Assembly: GCA_965238225.1 (NCBI GenBank)
Contig: OZ250183.1
Coordinates: 576,001 to 640,000 of the forward strand
Reading direction: 5' to 3'
Source: Gammaproteobacteria bacterium
Lineage (GTDB): Bacteria; Pseudomonadota; Gammaproteobacteria; Eutrophobiales; Eutrophobiaceae
Length of the DNA: 64,000 bases
Shown here: piece after piece, positions 39,334 through 50,298 of the stretch
Layout: each line of letters begins with the position of its first letter
How positions within the stretch are numbered: the stretch's first letter is position 1
Position numbers and translations under genes: made by a program
The notes under the pieces: model-generated
Database searches by the model: none
What the model was told of the DNA's origin: nothing
What the model saw: only the letters and a program-made list of their open reading frames with translations

Positions 39334-40293
39334 TTAGTGCAACCTTAACGAAGTATCATCAATAAAATGTGGATTACCGTTTAGAAAATCAGCCACAGAC
39401 ATGACACGTTTACTCGGTGGCTGTAACTGTAAAATTCTGAGCGTGCCATGACCTGTTGCAACATCAATACCCGTTTTGCTAACTCGAATAATTTCGCCTG
39501 CCAGCGCTATGGGTTTAGCATCAAGCACCTCTGCTTGCCATATTCGAAAGGTCAAGCCTTGTAGTTTTGTGTAACAAACCGGAGTAGGATTAAATGCCCG
39601 TATGGCACAGTGAATACCTGCAGCGGATTGCGTCCAATCAATCTTGGCTTCAGATTTTATGATTTTCTTGGCGTAACAGGCAGTGGATTCATCTTGGTTT
39701 ACAGGATTTAAATTGCCCAAGATTATTGCATCTAATATTTTAAGCAGACATTCACTGCCAATAGATGCCAATCTATCATGTAAATCAGCTGCTGTATCGG
39801 TGAGGCTGATTGGACATTTTTTTTGTAGTAATATGGATCCGGTATCTAGACCACTATCCATTTGCATGATAGTGATGCCTGTTTCATCATCCCCCGCTTG
39901 AATCGCACGTTGAATAGGCGCTGCGCCTCTCCATCTAGGCAGCAAGGAGGTATGTACATTAACACACCCGTATGCGGGCGCTTTCAGGATAGTCTCAGGC
40001 AACAACATTCCATAGGCAGCAACTATCATCAAATCCATCTTACAAATCCTGTGTTCCAGTGCGATTAATTCAGAGCTGGCAGGCTGCAAGATATCTAATC
40101 CATTTTCAAGAGCCAGTATTTTTACAGCACTCGCTGTAGGTTTACGTCCTCGGCCGGCAGGCTTATCGGGTCGGGTGAGCACTATTTTGATTCGGTGTTT
40201 CGATTTTTCTAGTAATGTACCTAATAAGGTTGCAGCCAGTTCAGGTGTGCCAGCAAAGGCCACACGTAATGCTTTCTGACGCAGGTTTTCCAT
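39334..40293 (-). CDS. fmt: Methionyl-tRNA formyltransferase
   Basis: FAGTP, PDKPAGRG, NVHTSLLPRWRGAAPIQRAI, GLDTG. Confidence 0.97.
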   Translation of the reverse strand: MENLRQKALRVAFAGTPELAATLLGTLLEKSKHRIKIVLTRPDKPAGRGRKPTASAVKILALENGLDILQPASSELIALEHRICKMDLMIVAAYGMLLPETILKAPAYGCVNVHTSLLPRWRGAAPIQRAIQAGDDETGITIMQMDSGLDTGSILLQKKCPISLTDTAADLHDRLASIGSECLLKILDAIILGNLNPVNQDESTACYAKKIIKSEAKIDWTQSAAGIHCAIRAFNPTPVCYTKLQGLTFRIWQAEVLDAKPIALAGEIIRVSKTGIDVATGHGTLRILQLQPPSKRVMSVADFLNGNPHFIDDTSLRLH

Positions 40294-40326
40294 ATGCAGT
40301 TTTCTTACAGTGTAGTCTTTGTGAAT

Positions 40327-40836
40327 CTAGAGGATGGCTGTTTGAAATTTGTCTTGTTTTTCAAGCTTTTTACGTAAACGTTGTCTTTTCATGGGCAAGA
40401 GGTAATCAATGAATAACTTTCCATTAAGATGATCTATTTCATGTTGGATACAGATTGACAACAGATCCTCTGCTTCATTTTCAATTATTTTGCCATTCAA
40501 ATCTATATAACGATATTTAATTTTCATAGCACGTGTTACTGTAGCGAAATACTCAGGGACTGAAAGACAGCCCTCTTGACTTTTTGCCGTCCCTTCAGAA
40601 GACAAAATCTCCGGGTTAATCAAACACATAGATTCATTTTTTTCTGGTGAAATATCGATGACGACAAGGCGTTTCTGGATATTTACCTGTGTTGCGGCAA
40701 GACCAATACCCTGATTTTCATACATCGTTTCCAGCATATTTTTAGCCAATATTTGACAATTTTCATTGACTGCAAAAGGCAGCGCTTTTTTGCGCAGTCT
40801 GTTGTCAGGGAAACGCAAGATTTCCAATAGTGCCAC
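40327..40836 (-). CDS. def: Peptide deformylase
   Basis: GIGLAATQV, EGCLS, QHEIDHLNG. Confidence 0.98.
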   Translation of the reverse strand: MALLEILRFPDNRLRKKALPFAVNENCQILAKNMLETMYENQGIGLAATQVNIQKRLVVIDISPEKNESMCLINPEILSSEGTAKSQEGCLSVPEYFATVTRAMKIKYRYIDLNGKIIENEAEDLLSICIQHEIDHLNGKLFIDYLLPMKRQRLRKKLEKQDKFQTAIL

Positions 40837-40989
40837 AGATATTTTTACTCCTTTGCTTAGTAACTCACTGATAGTATACAGAAAAATGGCTTTTACGTCA
40901 TAAGCAGCTGAATAAATTGTAATCTTAAACTTATATTTTACGTTTTTTTTTGCTAATCTACATTAAATAACATATGTAAGGTAATAATC

Positions 40990-42054
40990 ATGTTTAAGAA
41001 AATCTATTTTTTGCTGCTGTGTCTATCGTTCACATCTATTTCGATTGCTGATACGGTAACGCTGCACCCTGATCGCCCTGACGAATATGTAGTCCAAAAA
41101 GGTGATACGCTTTGGGATATCTCAGCGCGATTTTTACAGGAGCCATGGCGCTGGCCAACTATCTGGAAAGGCAATCCGCAGATTGCTGATCCCCATCTTA
41201 TTTATCCAGGCAATATCATTTCTTTGTCTATGATAGATGGGCAACCAACCTTAGTTGTCGATAGTTCGGATATGGACGCGGATGATGATGACATAGTCGT
41301 TAATCGCAATTTCAAATTATCACCTGAAATACGATCTTACGAAAGAGACGACGCTATCTCGTCAATCCCTGTAAATGCCATACAGCAGTTTTTGACGAGA
41401 CCTTACGTCGTTTCTGAAGATGAGATGAATGATTGGCCTTATGTTGTCTCGGGTTATGGTGGGCGTTTGGTATCAAGTGTCGGCAATAAAATCTATGTGA
41501 AAGGTCTGTCTGAGGATTCCCCAGGGACACGTTATGCTGTATATCGAAAGGGTTCTGCATACATCAATCCACGCAAGGATAAAAACAGGGTTCTAGGTTA
41601 TGAGGCGATTTACTTAGGTGATGCTGTTGTTGAAAAAGGAGGTGATCCTGCTTCAGTGATTGTGACCTTGTCAAAACAGGAAATCCTCACTGGAGACAGG
41701 CTCGTTCTTGCCTCTGTTGAGGAGGCAAGCAGTGAGTACATTCCAAGTACACCAACTCAAAGTATTGATGCGAATATTGTGTCTGTCGTAAATGGTGTTG
41801 CTCAGATTGGACAGTATCAGGTCGTCGTCATCGACGTTGGTGACGGTGATGGTGTTGAGGTAGGTAGTGTTTTAGGCATCTACCGGAGCGGGAAAACCGT
41901 AAAGGATGAGACGAAAAAATCAGAGTCAGTTGCGCTTCCTGAAGAACATACTGGGGTTTTAATGGTGTTCCGTGCCTTTGAAAATGTCAGTTATGCCTTA
42001 GTGATGAAGGCAGCGGAGCCTATTCATGTGCTTGATAGTGTGAGAAATTTATAG
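40990..42054 (+). CDS. LysM peptidoglycan-binding protein (TsaP-like)
   Basis: Signal peptide, YVVQKGDTLWDIS..FL..PW.WP, PHLIYPG; lies between def and dprA. Confidence 0.9.
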   Translation: MFKKIYFLLLCLSFTSISIADTVTLHPDRPDEYVVQKGDTLWDISARFLQEPWRWPTIWKGNPQIADPHLIYPGNIISLSMIDGQPTLVVDSSDMDADDDDIVVNRNFKLSPEIRSYERDDAISSIPVNAIQQFLTRPYVVSEDEMNDWPYVVSGYGGRLVSSVGNKIYVKGLSEDSPGTRYAVYRKGSAYINPRKDKNRVLGYEAIYLGDAVVEKGGDPASVIVTLSKQEILTGDRLVLASVEEASSEYIPSTPTQSIDANIVSVVNGVAQIGQYQVVVIDVGDGDGVEVGSVLGIYRSGKTVKDETKKSESVALPEEHTGVLMVFRAFENVSYALVMKAAEPIHVLDSVRNL

Positions 42055-42056
42055 CC

Positions 42057-42078
42057 CTTAGAGCGCATGCGCTCTAAG
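42057..42078. repeat. Perfect 22-bp palindrome
   Basis: CTTAGAGCGCATGCGCTCTAAG equals its own reverse complement; it starts 3 bp after the LysM stop. Confidence 0.85.
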
Positions 42079-42257
42079 ACCGTCTCGAGTTGCTGTTGTT
42101 GGTTTTCTCGTTACATAAGTTTGTTTGACAATGAAATTGATGTTATACGTCTAGTTACAATGTAAGTATGTTGAAAATAATTTTGATGAAGATTAAAATT
42201 TAATTGCATTATTAGAATGCCTGTTAGCAAATCATAGAACTGAAAATGTAGATCAGG

Positions 42258-43403
42258 ATGATCAAGAATATGGCGATAAGCAATGACGACCGTGCTTTTT
42301 GGTTAGCACTCCATCGTGTCAAGGGACTGGGATCTGTCGGGCAAGGAAAGTTACTTGATACCTACCCTTCAATAAAAGAAATATTCTCTGCTGATAGTTA
42401 CACACTAAAAGCGCTTGGTCTTAAGCAAAAATCAATTGATGCTATTTGCAAGCCTGACTGGGAAAGTATTGCAGATGCCTTGGCTTGGTTAGACAAGCCG
42501 CATCATCATCTTGTAACAATTGACAGTGATGAATATCCACCTTTACTCAAGGAGATACCTAATCCACCCGTTCTTTTGTTCGCCCATGGCTGCTTAGATG
42601 TATTAAAAAATATACAGATTGGAATTGTCGGAAGCAGAAATCCAGATGTAGCTGGTCGGCAATTTGCCCATGAATTTGCCCGTGAGCTTACTGTCGCAGG
42701 CGCAACGGTCACCAGTGGTTTAGCGTTGGGTATAGATGGTTATAGTCACCAAGGAGCATTGGATGCAGGTGGGCATACCATTGCAGTGACAGGAAATGGT
42801 CTTGATATAATCTATCCTGCAAAACATAAAGCTTTAGCTCATAAAATCGCTGATAATGGTATCTTAGTTTCAGAGTTTTTGCCAGGAACCAAGCCCAAGC
42901 CTGAAAATTTTCCCAGACGAAATAGGATCATAAGCGGTATGAGTACAGGAGTCTTGGTAATACAAGCAGCATGCCGAAGCGGCTCACTGATTACCGCACG
43001 TTATGCGATGGAGCAAGGACATGAGGTATTTGCCATTCCAGGCTCTATCCATAATCCACTGGCAAAAGGTTGTCACGCCTTAATCAAACAAGGCGCTAAA
43101 TTGGTGGAGTCAGTTGATGATATTATTGAAGAATTAGGTTCTCTCGTCACGGTTGTTATGGAAGGCAGGAATGCTGCTACAGAAAAAGGTAAAAAAAATG
43201 TTCAGGACAAAACAGCACTTGACGCAGACTACAAAGTGTTGCTTGATAATATGACATATGACCCCATATCTATTGACAGATTAATTGCACTAACAGGATT
43301 GACGACTGATTCAGTTTCATCCATGCTTTTGATACTTGAGCTTCGTGGTTTGGTAATTTCGCAAGCAGGCGGAGTGTACATACGGGCTAACCAGGGAAAT
43401 TAG
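42258..43403 (+). CDS. dprA: DNA-processing protein DprA
   Basis: IVGSR, SGLALGIDG..H.GAL, NFPRRNRIISG, SGSLITA, VFAIPGSIH. Confidence 0.96.
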   Translation: MIKNMAISNDDRAFWLALHRVKGLGSVGQGKLLDTYPSIKEIFSADSYTLKALGLKQKSIDAICKPDWESIADALAWLDKPHHHLVTIDSDEYPPLLKEIPNPPVLLFAHGCLDVLKNIQIGIVGSRNPDVAGRQFAHEFARELTVAGATVTSGLALGIDGYSHQGALDAGGHTIAVTGNGLDIIYPAKHKALAHKIADNGILVSEFLPGTKPKPENFPRRNRIISGMSTGVLVIQAACRSGSLITARYAMEQGHEVFAIPGSIHNPLAKGCHALIKQGAKLVESVDDIIEELGSLVTVVMEGRNAATEKGKKNVQDKTALDADYKVLLDNMTYDPISIDRLIALTGLTTDSVSSMLLILELRGLVISQAGGVYIRANQGN

Positions 43404-43406
43404 CAA

Positions 43407-43880
43407 ATGAAAGAAACAGTGTTTGATGTATTGCTGTATCTTTTTGACAACTATGAAGATGTCAAATTGATACCTGACCAAGATGCCCTGAAAGGTACGC
43501 TTATGGGCGCAGGCTTTTCTGAGCATGAAGTAAGCAAGGCTTTTGACTGGCTGGAGGCTTTGGCTGCGCAAAAAGAAAATCATTGTCCCTCTTCGGATGC
43601 TGGGGCATCGGCTTCAAGAATTTATCATGCTAAAGAACTGCAAAAACTTGACACTGAATGTCGAGGCTTTTTGCTTTTTTTAGAACAAACTGGCGTATTA
43701 GACAGTCAGGCTCGCGAGTTGGCGATTGATCGATTGATGGCATTGGAGTCGGAAGACATCGGCATACAACAGGTTAAATGGGTTGTGTTCATGGTGCTGT
43801 TCAACCAATCTGGTAAAGAAGCAGCTATTACTTGGATAGAAGATATCATCATAAATGATTTAAATGTGAATATGCACTAA
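43407..43880 (+). CDS. smg: DUF494 / Smg family protein
   Basis: FDVLLYLFDNY, L..AGF...E..KA..WL, CRGFLLFLEQ, KWV..MVLFN. Confidence 0.92.
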   Translation: MKETVFDVLLYLFDNYEDVKLIPDQDALKGTLMGAGFSEHEVSKAFDWLEALAAQKENHCPSSDAGASASRIYHAKELQKLDTECRGFLLFLEQTGVLDSQARELAIDRLMALESEDIGIQQVKWVVFMVLFNQSGKEAAITWIEDIIINDLNVNMH

Positions 43881-43979
43881 GTATTCTTTGAATTACTTTA
43901 AAACTAACATTTCCCGAAGTTTCTCTGCGTGCCATAAAAATACTTAAACTTAAGAATACTGACAGCTGGAATTTTTTAA

Positions 43980-46373
43980 ATGGGCACATCATTAGTTATA
44001 GTCGAATCTCCTGCTAAGGCAAAAACAATAAGTCAATACCTTGGCAATGACTTTACGGTGTTAGCATCTTATGGGCATGTACGTGACCTGTTGCCGAAGA
44101 CGGGTGCTATTGACACAGAAAATGGGTTTGAGATGCAGTATCAGGCCATTGAGAAAAATGCCAAAGCGGTTGATGTAATAATCAAGGCACTCAAAAAAGC
44201 AGATGCTCTTTATCTGGCTACTGATCCGGATCGCGAAGGCGAAGCCATTGCTTGGCATTTATATGAGTTGCTAAAAGAGCGAGGCTTGCTCAAGAACAAA
44301 GAATCGCACCGCATTGTTTTCCATGAAGTGACAAAAAATGCAATCAAAGAAGCGATTGTTAATCCAAGGGAGTTATCAATAGATTTAATCAACGCACAAC
44401 AGGCGCGTCGGGCATTGGATTATCTGGTGGGTTTTAACCTTTCGCCATTACTCTGGAGAAAGATTCAGCGTGGTTTATCGGCAGGGCGCGTGCAGAGTCC
44501 TGCTCTTAGAATGATAGTCGAACGCGAACTGGAAATAGAGAAATTTAAAGCTCGGGAATACTGGACGATAGAAGTAGATCTTGAAAAGGAAAGAACTAAG
44601 TTTATTGCACGGCTAACTTACCTGCACGGCGAAAAACTGAAGCAGTTCACCGTCACCGAAGGACAAACAGCAAACAAGGCTTGCCAAGAGTTACTGCAGG
44701 CAGCCAACGGAAATTTAACTGTAAGCAAGGCTGAAAAGAAGCAACGTAAACGCCAACCAGCAGCACCATTTATTACCTCAACGATGCAGCAGGAAGCAGT
44801 GCGTAAACTGGGGATGACCGCTCAACGCGCCATGCGCACCGCACAACAATTATACGAAGGTATCAACCTAGGAAGCAGTGGCGGCACTGTTGGTCTGATC
44901 ACCTATATGCGTACAGACTCTGTTGTATTGGCAAAGGAAGCGCAGCTTGAGATAAGAGAATTCATTGCCGAACAATATGGCAAAAACAATGTGCCTGAAA
45001 AACCCCGTGTATATAAAACAAAATCTAAAAATGCACAGGAGGCGCATGAAGCGATACGACCAACTACAGTGAAACACATACCCAGTGAAATAAAATCTTC
45101 ATTGGATGCGGATCAGTTTAAATTGTATGAATTGATCTGGAAACGCACGGTCGCAAGCCAAATGATACATGCGACAATCGATACTGTTGCTGTTGATATA
45201 GGTTGTGGGGAAGGTAATGTTTTTCGCGCAAACGGCTCAACCATTGCCGATCTTGGTTTCATGACGGTCTATTTGGAAGGACGAGACGAGGTGACACCAA
45301 AGAATGATGAAAAATTACTGCCGCCACTAAAGCAAGGTGATGTTGTCAAGCTGCTTGAAATCAGGCCAGAACAACATTTCACCGAGCCACCACCACGCTT
45401 TACAGAGGCCAGTCTGGTGAAAACTCTGGAGGAATATGGTATTGGCAGACCTTCAACTTATGCAAGTATCATCTACACACTCAAGCAAAGAGAGTACGTG
45501 GAGTTCGAACAAAAACGGTTTACGCCGACAGATACGGGTCGTGTGGTAAACAATTTTCTTACCAAACATTTTACAAATTATGTAGATTACGATTTTACTG
45601 CACGCCTTGAAGATGACTTAGATGCGGTTTCCAGAGGTGAGAAAGAATGGCTGTCGTTGATGAAGGATTTTTGGCAGACATTCGAAAAACAAATCAAGGA
45701 AAAGGAAGAAACAGTGAGTCGCAGTGAAGCGATTCAGGCTAGAGAATTAGGGATAGATCCAAAAACAGGTTCGCCTGTCTCAGTACGTATCGGTCGTTAT
45801 GGTCCTTTTGCACAAATTGGCACAAAAGAAGATGAAGAAAAACCCAAGTTTGCTGGTCTGCTTCCTAGTCAGAAATTAGATAGCATTACATTGGCAGAAG
45901 CTTTGGCGCTTTTTAAGTTACCAAGGCAGATGGGTGAAACACAAGAGGGTGAAGAGGTAGTCGTTAGTGCCGGACGTTTTGGTCCATACATTCGTTATGG
46001 CAGTAAATTTGTTTCGCTCCAGGAAGATGATCCTTATACAGTTACCCTAGAAAGATCGTTGGAGCTGATTGCCGCTAAAAAAATTGAAGATGCCAGTAAG
46101 CAGATAAATATTTTTAAGAAGGAAGGTATTAGTGTTTTAAACGGGCGTTATGGTCCTTATGTAACCGATGGCAATAAGAATGTGAAGGTGCCGAAAGACG
46201 TTACGCCAGCCGATCTTACTTTGGAAGATTGCCAGAAGATGATTGCTGAAGCGTTGCATAGACCGCGCCGAGGAGCCAAGAAGAAGGTGAATAAAAAGAA
46301 AACGACTAAAAAGAAAAGCACCAAGAAGAAAACAAAAAAGAAAACAACAAAAAAGCCTGCTGAAATAGGTTAA
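43980..46373 (+). CDS. topA: DNA topoisomerase I
   Basis: LVIVESPAKAK, ATDPDREGE, SAGRVQS, ITYMRTDS, AQEAHEAIRP, GIGRPSTYA; C-terminal GR(Y/F)GP repeats and a Lys-rich tail. Confidence 0.98.
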   Translation: MGTSLVIVESPAKAKTISQYLGNDFTVLASYGHVRDLLPKTGAIDTENGFEMQYQAIEKNAKAVDVIIKALKKADALYLATDPDREGEAIAWHLYELLKERGLLKNKESHRIVFHEVTKNAIKEAIVNPRELSIDLINAQQARRALDYLVGFNLSPLLWRKIQRGLSAGRVQSPALRMIVERELEIEKFKAREYWTIEVDLEKERTKFIARLTYLHGEKLKQFTVTEGQTANKACQELLQAANGNLTVSKAEKKQRKRQPAAPFITSTMQQEAVRKLGMTAQRAMRTAQQLYEGINLGSSGGTVGLITYMRTDSVVLAKEAQLEIREFIAEQYGKNNVPEKPRVYKTKSKNAQEAHEAIRPTTVKHIPSEIKSSLDADQFKLYELIWKRTVASQMIHATIDTVAVDIGCGEGNVFRANGSTIADLGFMTVYLEGRDEVTPKNDEKLLPPLKQGDVVKLLEIRPEQHFTEPPPRFTEASLVKTLEEYGIGRPSTYASIIYTLKQREYVEFEQKRFTPTDTGRVVNNFLTKHFTNYVDYDFTARLEDDLDAVSRGEKEWLSLMKDFWQTFEKQIKEKEETVSRSEAIQARELGIDPKTGSPVSVRIGRYGPFAQIGTKEDEEKPKFAGLLPSQKLDSITLAEALALFKLPRQMGETQEGEEVVVSAGRFGPYIRYGSKFVSLQEDDPYTVTLERSLELIAAKKIEDASKQINIFKKEGISVLNGRYGPYVTDGNKNVKVPKDVTPADLTLEDCQKMIAEALHRPRRGAKKKVNKKKTTKKKSTKKKTKKKTTKKPAEIG

Positions 46374-46605
46374 TATTTTCCAAGTTCATATAGTAAATAC
46401 AATTTTTTAAGTGAGACGGTCAGTTATTATAGTTGGCTATTTACATATTAAACGTATTGATTTGTTCGCTGCGTAACTTACACTGCACTTAGTTGTCGAG
46501 TCCAAGTTTTAAATCAGTTTAAGTTACGCTTTTTTTAACTTATTTTTTAAGTAAGTTATTTTTTTTACAGCTTGATTTTTTTGTCGTTGCAGTCTGAGAA
46601 GATTT

Positions 46606-47163
46606 ATGGGTAATTTTCATTTACATTGTGCTATAAAGACTTTAAATCAAGGTGGCATTATTGCTTATCCAACAGAAGCTGTGTTTGGCCTAGGTTGTTT
46701 TCCTGATGATGAATATTCTGTAGAAAAAATCCTAGCGCTAAAAGGTCGATTGGTGAACAAAGGTTTAATATTGGTTGCTGCTCGTCTTCAGCAATTAGAT
46801 TCATATATCGACTATTCAAATGATAAACTGAGACAAAAAATAAATGCATCGTGGCCCGGACCCATCACTTGGGTATTGCCAGCAACGTCAAATGTTCCTG
46901 ACTGGATTAGCGGTGATCAGGGTATGGTTGCAGTGCGTGTATCCGCTCACCCAATAGTGCGAGCCTTATGTAAGGAGGTCGGCATGATTGTCTCAACAAG
47001 CGCAAACCCAGCAGGAAAAACACCAGCCGTAAATGCCTTTAAAGTTAGAAGTTATTTTGGTAATGAAATTGATTATATTTTGCCCGGAAATACAGGCGGG
47101 AAAGAACTGCCAACAGAAATCAGAAACGCCATAAATGGCAATGTCTTGCGCCCTAGTGATTAA
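46606..47163 (+). CDS. tsaC: L-threonylcarbamoyladenylate synthase (YrdC/Sua5)
   Basis: GGIIAYPTEAVFGLGC, K.R...KGLIL, WPGP.T, VSTSAN. Confidence 0.95.
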   Translation: MGNFHLHCAIKTLNQGGIIAYPTEAVFGLGCFPDDEYSVEKILALKGRLVNKGLILVAARLQQLDSYIDYSNDKLRQKINASWPGPITWVLPATSNVPDWISGDQGMVAVRVSAHPIVRALCKEVGMIVSTSANPAGKTPAVNAFKVRSYFGNEIDYILPGNTGGKELPTEIRNAINGNVLRPSD

Positions 47164-47239
47164 AGCTTGAAGGAACGCCCAAGGATTGATCCTAAAAAAC
47201 CAGTTTCCAATTATAGACGAATTTCAGTTTCTTGCTATA

Positions 47240-47268
47240 TTGACAGTGTCTCCAGATTAACCGAAAAT
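47240..47268 (+). promoter_or_regulatory. Putative sigma70 promoter of the tRNA-tuf operon
   Basis: TTGACA-17 bp-GAAAAT, then a GC-rich discriminator GTGCGGC, 14 bp before tRNA-Tyr. The -10 is imperfect. Confidence 0.55.
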
Positions 47269-47282
47269 GTGCGGCTGATTTC

Positions 47283-47367
47283 GGAGGGGTACCCAAGCGG
47301 TCAACGGGATCAGACTGTAAATCTGACGGCTCAGCCTTCGGAGGTTCGAATCCTCCCCCCTCCACCA
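47283..47367 (+). tRNA. tRNA-Tyr(GTA)
   Basis: GGAGGGG acceptor stem, anticodon arm TCAGA-CTGTAAA-TCTGA, long variable arm, GGTTCGAATCC, CCA end. Confidence 0.97.
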
Positions 47368-47435
47368 GCACGGGCGAAGTTTAGTGAAAGCGGAGGTTTG
47401 ATGAAAGTATTTGGTACTTTCTAGATGTTGGGTAG

Positions 47436-47509
<74 letters not shown>

Positions 47510-47600
47510 GATTTAAGCTAGATTGGTAAGCATGGCCAGAATTTGAGCACGAGATTTGGATATATTTGGCCTAGTTGTCAGTAATTGTATGAACGTATCT

Positions 47601-47676
<76 letters not shown>

Positions 47677-47781
47677 GATTGGCATCCGCTGGGTGTGCAT
47701 GACGGGTGGATTTGGTTTTTTTACCATTGAACTTAAATTTTAATTATATTGAATTTTTCTACTTTATAAGGAGCGCTCCTG

Positions 47782-48972
47782 ATGTCTAAGGAGAAATTTG
47801 AACGAACGAAACCGCATGTAAATGTAGGAACGATAGGCCATGTTGATCATGGCAAGACAACGTTGACTGCGGCAATTACCAAGGTCATGGCAGAACAACA
47901 TGGCGGTGAATTCAAGGCCTATGATCAGATTGATAACGCGCCAGAAGAAAAAGAACGCGGTATTACGATTGCAACAGCGCACGTAGAGTACGAAAGCAAT
48001 GATCGCCACTATGCGCACGTAGACTGCCCAGGTCATGCTGACTACGTCAAGAACATGATTACTGGTGCAGCACAGATGGACGGAGCAATCCTGGTCTGCA
48101 GTGCAGCAGATGGCCCAATGCCACAAACCCGTGAACATATCCTGCTGGCGCGTCAGGTCGGGGTTCCCTACGTGGTAGTCTATTTAAACAAAGTCGATCA
48201 AGTCGATGATGCAGAGTTACTGGAACTGGTTGAAATGGAAGTTCGTGAACTGCTGGATGCTTATGAATTTCCCGGAGACAACACCCCTATCGTTACAGGT
48301 TCGGCACTGAAGGCTTTAGAAGGCGATGACAGCGATATCGGTATTCCCTCAATTTTGCAACTGGTAGCAGCAATGGATGACTATATTCCAGTACCCAAGC
48401 GCCCGGTAGACCAACCATTTTTGATGCCAATTGAAGATGTATTCTCAATATCAGGTCGCGGTACCGTGGTGACTGGACGTATAGAACGTGGCATCGTCAA
48501 AGTAGGCGAAGAGATTGAGATTGTAGGGATTAAAGAGACACAGAAGACCACCTGTACTGGTGTTGAAATGTTCAGAAAGTTACTTGACGAAGGCCAAGCC
48601 GGAGACAACGTCGGTGTCTTATTACGGGGTACCAAACGAGAAGAAGTGGAACGTGGACAGGTCTTATGCCATCCAGATTCAATCACGCCACATACCCGTT
48701 TTGAAGCAGAAATATACGTACTGTCAAAAGATGAAGGTGGTCGCCATACCCCCTTCTTTGCCAACTATCGTCCGCAATTTTACTTTCGCACCACAGATGT
48801 AACGGGTGCCATTCAGTTATCCAGTGGCACAGAGATGGTGATGCCCGGCGATAACATTAAGCTGGAAGTAACACTAATAAATCCCATTGCTATGGAGGAA
48901 GGCTTACGCTTTGCCATTCGTGAAGGCGGTCGTACCGTTGGTGCAGGTGTCGTTGCTAAGGTTATTGAGTAA
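47782..48972 (+). CDS. tuf: Elongation factor Tu
   Basis: [38 protein letters not shown]. Confidence 0.99.
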   Translation: MSKEKFERTKPHVNVGTIGHVDHGKTTLTAAITKVMAEQHGGEFKAYDQIDNAPEEKERGITIATAHVEYESNDRHYAHVDCPGHADYVKNMITGAAQMDGAILVCSAADGPMPQTREHILLARQVGVPYVVVYLNKVDQVDDAELLELVEMEVRELLDAYEFPGDNTPIVTGSALKALEGDDSDIGIPSILQLVAAMDDYIPVPKRPVDQPFLMPIEDVFSISGRGTVVTGRIERGIVKVGEEIEIVGIKETQKTTCTGVEMFRKLLDEGQAGDNVGVLLRGTKREEVERGQVLCHPDSITPHTRFEAEIYVLSKDEGGRHTPFFANYRPQFYFRTTDVTGAIQLSSGTEMVMPGDNIKLEVTLINPIAMEEGLRFAIREGGRTVGAGVVAKVIE

Positions 48973-49072
48973 CTTTTTAAGCACAGAGATAGCAGTCTGA
49001 TGAGGATTACTACTTTTTTTTGTTACAGAAATATAGATTTTAAACTATAGATTTTTTGGTTTTTTTATTTTT

Positions 49073-49148
49073 AGGCCAGTAGCTCAATTGGCAGAGCGGC
49101 GGTCTCCAAAACCGTAGGTTGGGGGTTCGATTCCCTCCTGGCCTGCCA
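49073..49148 (+). tRNA. tRNA-Trp(CCA)
   Basis: AGGCCAG..CTGGCCT-GCCA; anticodon loop CTCCAAA; lies between tuf and secE. Confidence 0.96.
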
Positions 49149-49222
49149 CTGGGTAGGCTGAGTGACGATCGGGGTTGATGCAGGCGAGTAGCACATGAGA
49201 CATGCAGTGAATAAAGTGGAAT

Positions 49223-49600
49223 ATGAACTCAAAAATTGAAACAGTAGAAAATAGTATGGACAGTATAAGACTGGTCATCGCTTTATTAATTGTAGTAGCA
49301 GCGATCGTTGCATTCTACGTATACCCTGAACAGTCGACATTGCTCAGGGTTGGCGGTTTATTGCTGGTAGCTTCTGTTGCTGTCGGAATTTCCTTACAGA
49401 CTGAGAAAGGTCGTAATATTTGGGGGTTTTTCCACGGGGCACAGATAGAGGTTCGTAAGGTTATTTGGCCAACACGTCAGGAAACAGTGCAAACAACATT
49501 AATTGTTGTCCTTGTGGTTATTTTAGTTTCAATGATTTTATGGCTACTGGATATGTTTCTTGGTTGGACTATTGGTGCGTTAATGGGTCAGAGGGGTTAG
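49223..49600 (+). CDS. secE: Preprotein translocase subunit SecE (3-TM type)
   Basis: EVRKVIWPTRQET motif, three hydrophobic segments. Confidence 0.95.
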   Translation: MNSKIETVENSMDSIRLVIALLIVVAAIVAFYVYPEQSTLLRVGGLLLVASVAVGISLQTEKGRNIWGFFHGAQIEVRKVIWPTRQETVQTTLIVVLVVILVSMILWLLDMFLGWTIGALMGQRG

Positions 49601-49606
49601 TTACCG

Positions 49607-50140
49607 ATGTCTCTCAACTGGTACGTTGTACATGCATATTCAGGGTTTGAAGATCGTGTAATGAATACATTGAAAGAACGTATTGTACAGTACAGTATGG
49701 AGGATAAGTTTGGCGAGATATTAGTACCGAAAGAAGAAGTTGTTGAGATGCGCGAGGGGAAAAAACGAACGACAGATCGTAAATTTTTCCCTGGCTACGT
49801 ATTGGTGCAAATGGAAATGAATGATGATACTTGGCATATGGTTAAGAATATGCCTCGTGTGTTGGGGTTTATTGGTGGAACAAGTGATAAACCTGCGCCA
49901 ATCTCTACAGATGAAGCAAATTCAATCCTGCAGCGTGTTGAAGAAGGCGTGGACAAACCTACACCAAAGGTTATGTTTGAGGCAGGTGAAGTGATACGCG
50001 TCATTGATGGACCATTTAAGGATTTCAATGGTGTGGTTGAGGAAGTTAATTACGAAAAGAATCGTTTGCGTGTTTCAGTATTGATTTTTGGACGTTCTAC
50101 CCCTGTGGGACTTGAATTTACTCAGGTAGAAAAAGACTGA
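49607..50140 (+). CDS. nusG: Transcription termination/antitermination factor
   Basis: [39 protein letters not shown]. Confidence 0.98.
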   Translation: MSLNWYVVHAYSGFEDRVMNTLKERIVQYSMEDKFGEILVPKEEVVEMREGKKRTTDRKFFPGYVLVQMEMNDDTWHMVKNMPRVLGFIGGTSDKPAPISTDEANSILQRVEEGVDKPTPKVMFEAGEVIRVIDGPFKDFNGVVEEVNYEKNRLRVSVLIFGRSTPVGLEFTQVEKD

Positions 50141-50298
50141 CTATGAGCACCAATTCAAGTTGGCAATATTGTTTTAAGCAAGATTTGTTATTTTTTTAAT
50201 GTTTTTGTGAAATCAGAAGGTTTTGATCCATCTGGAATAGAGTTTTTAGGAGAGAGGCTAAGGTCTACTGTCCAGTAATATGCTTAAAGGAGATTAAA

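Noticed and set aside
47167-47424. 85-aa ORF (and the similar ORF at 49084..49278)
   Set aside because: These overlap tRNA-Tyr and tRNA-Trp respectively; spurious.
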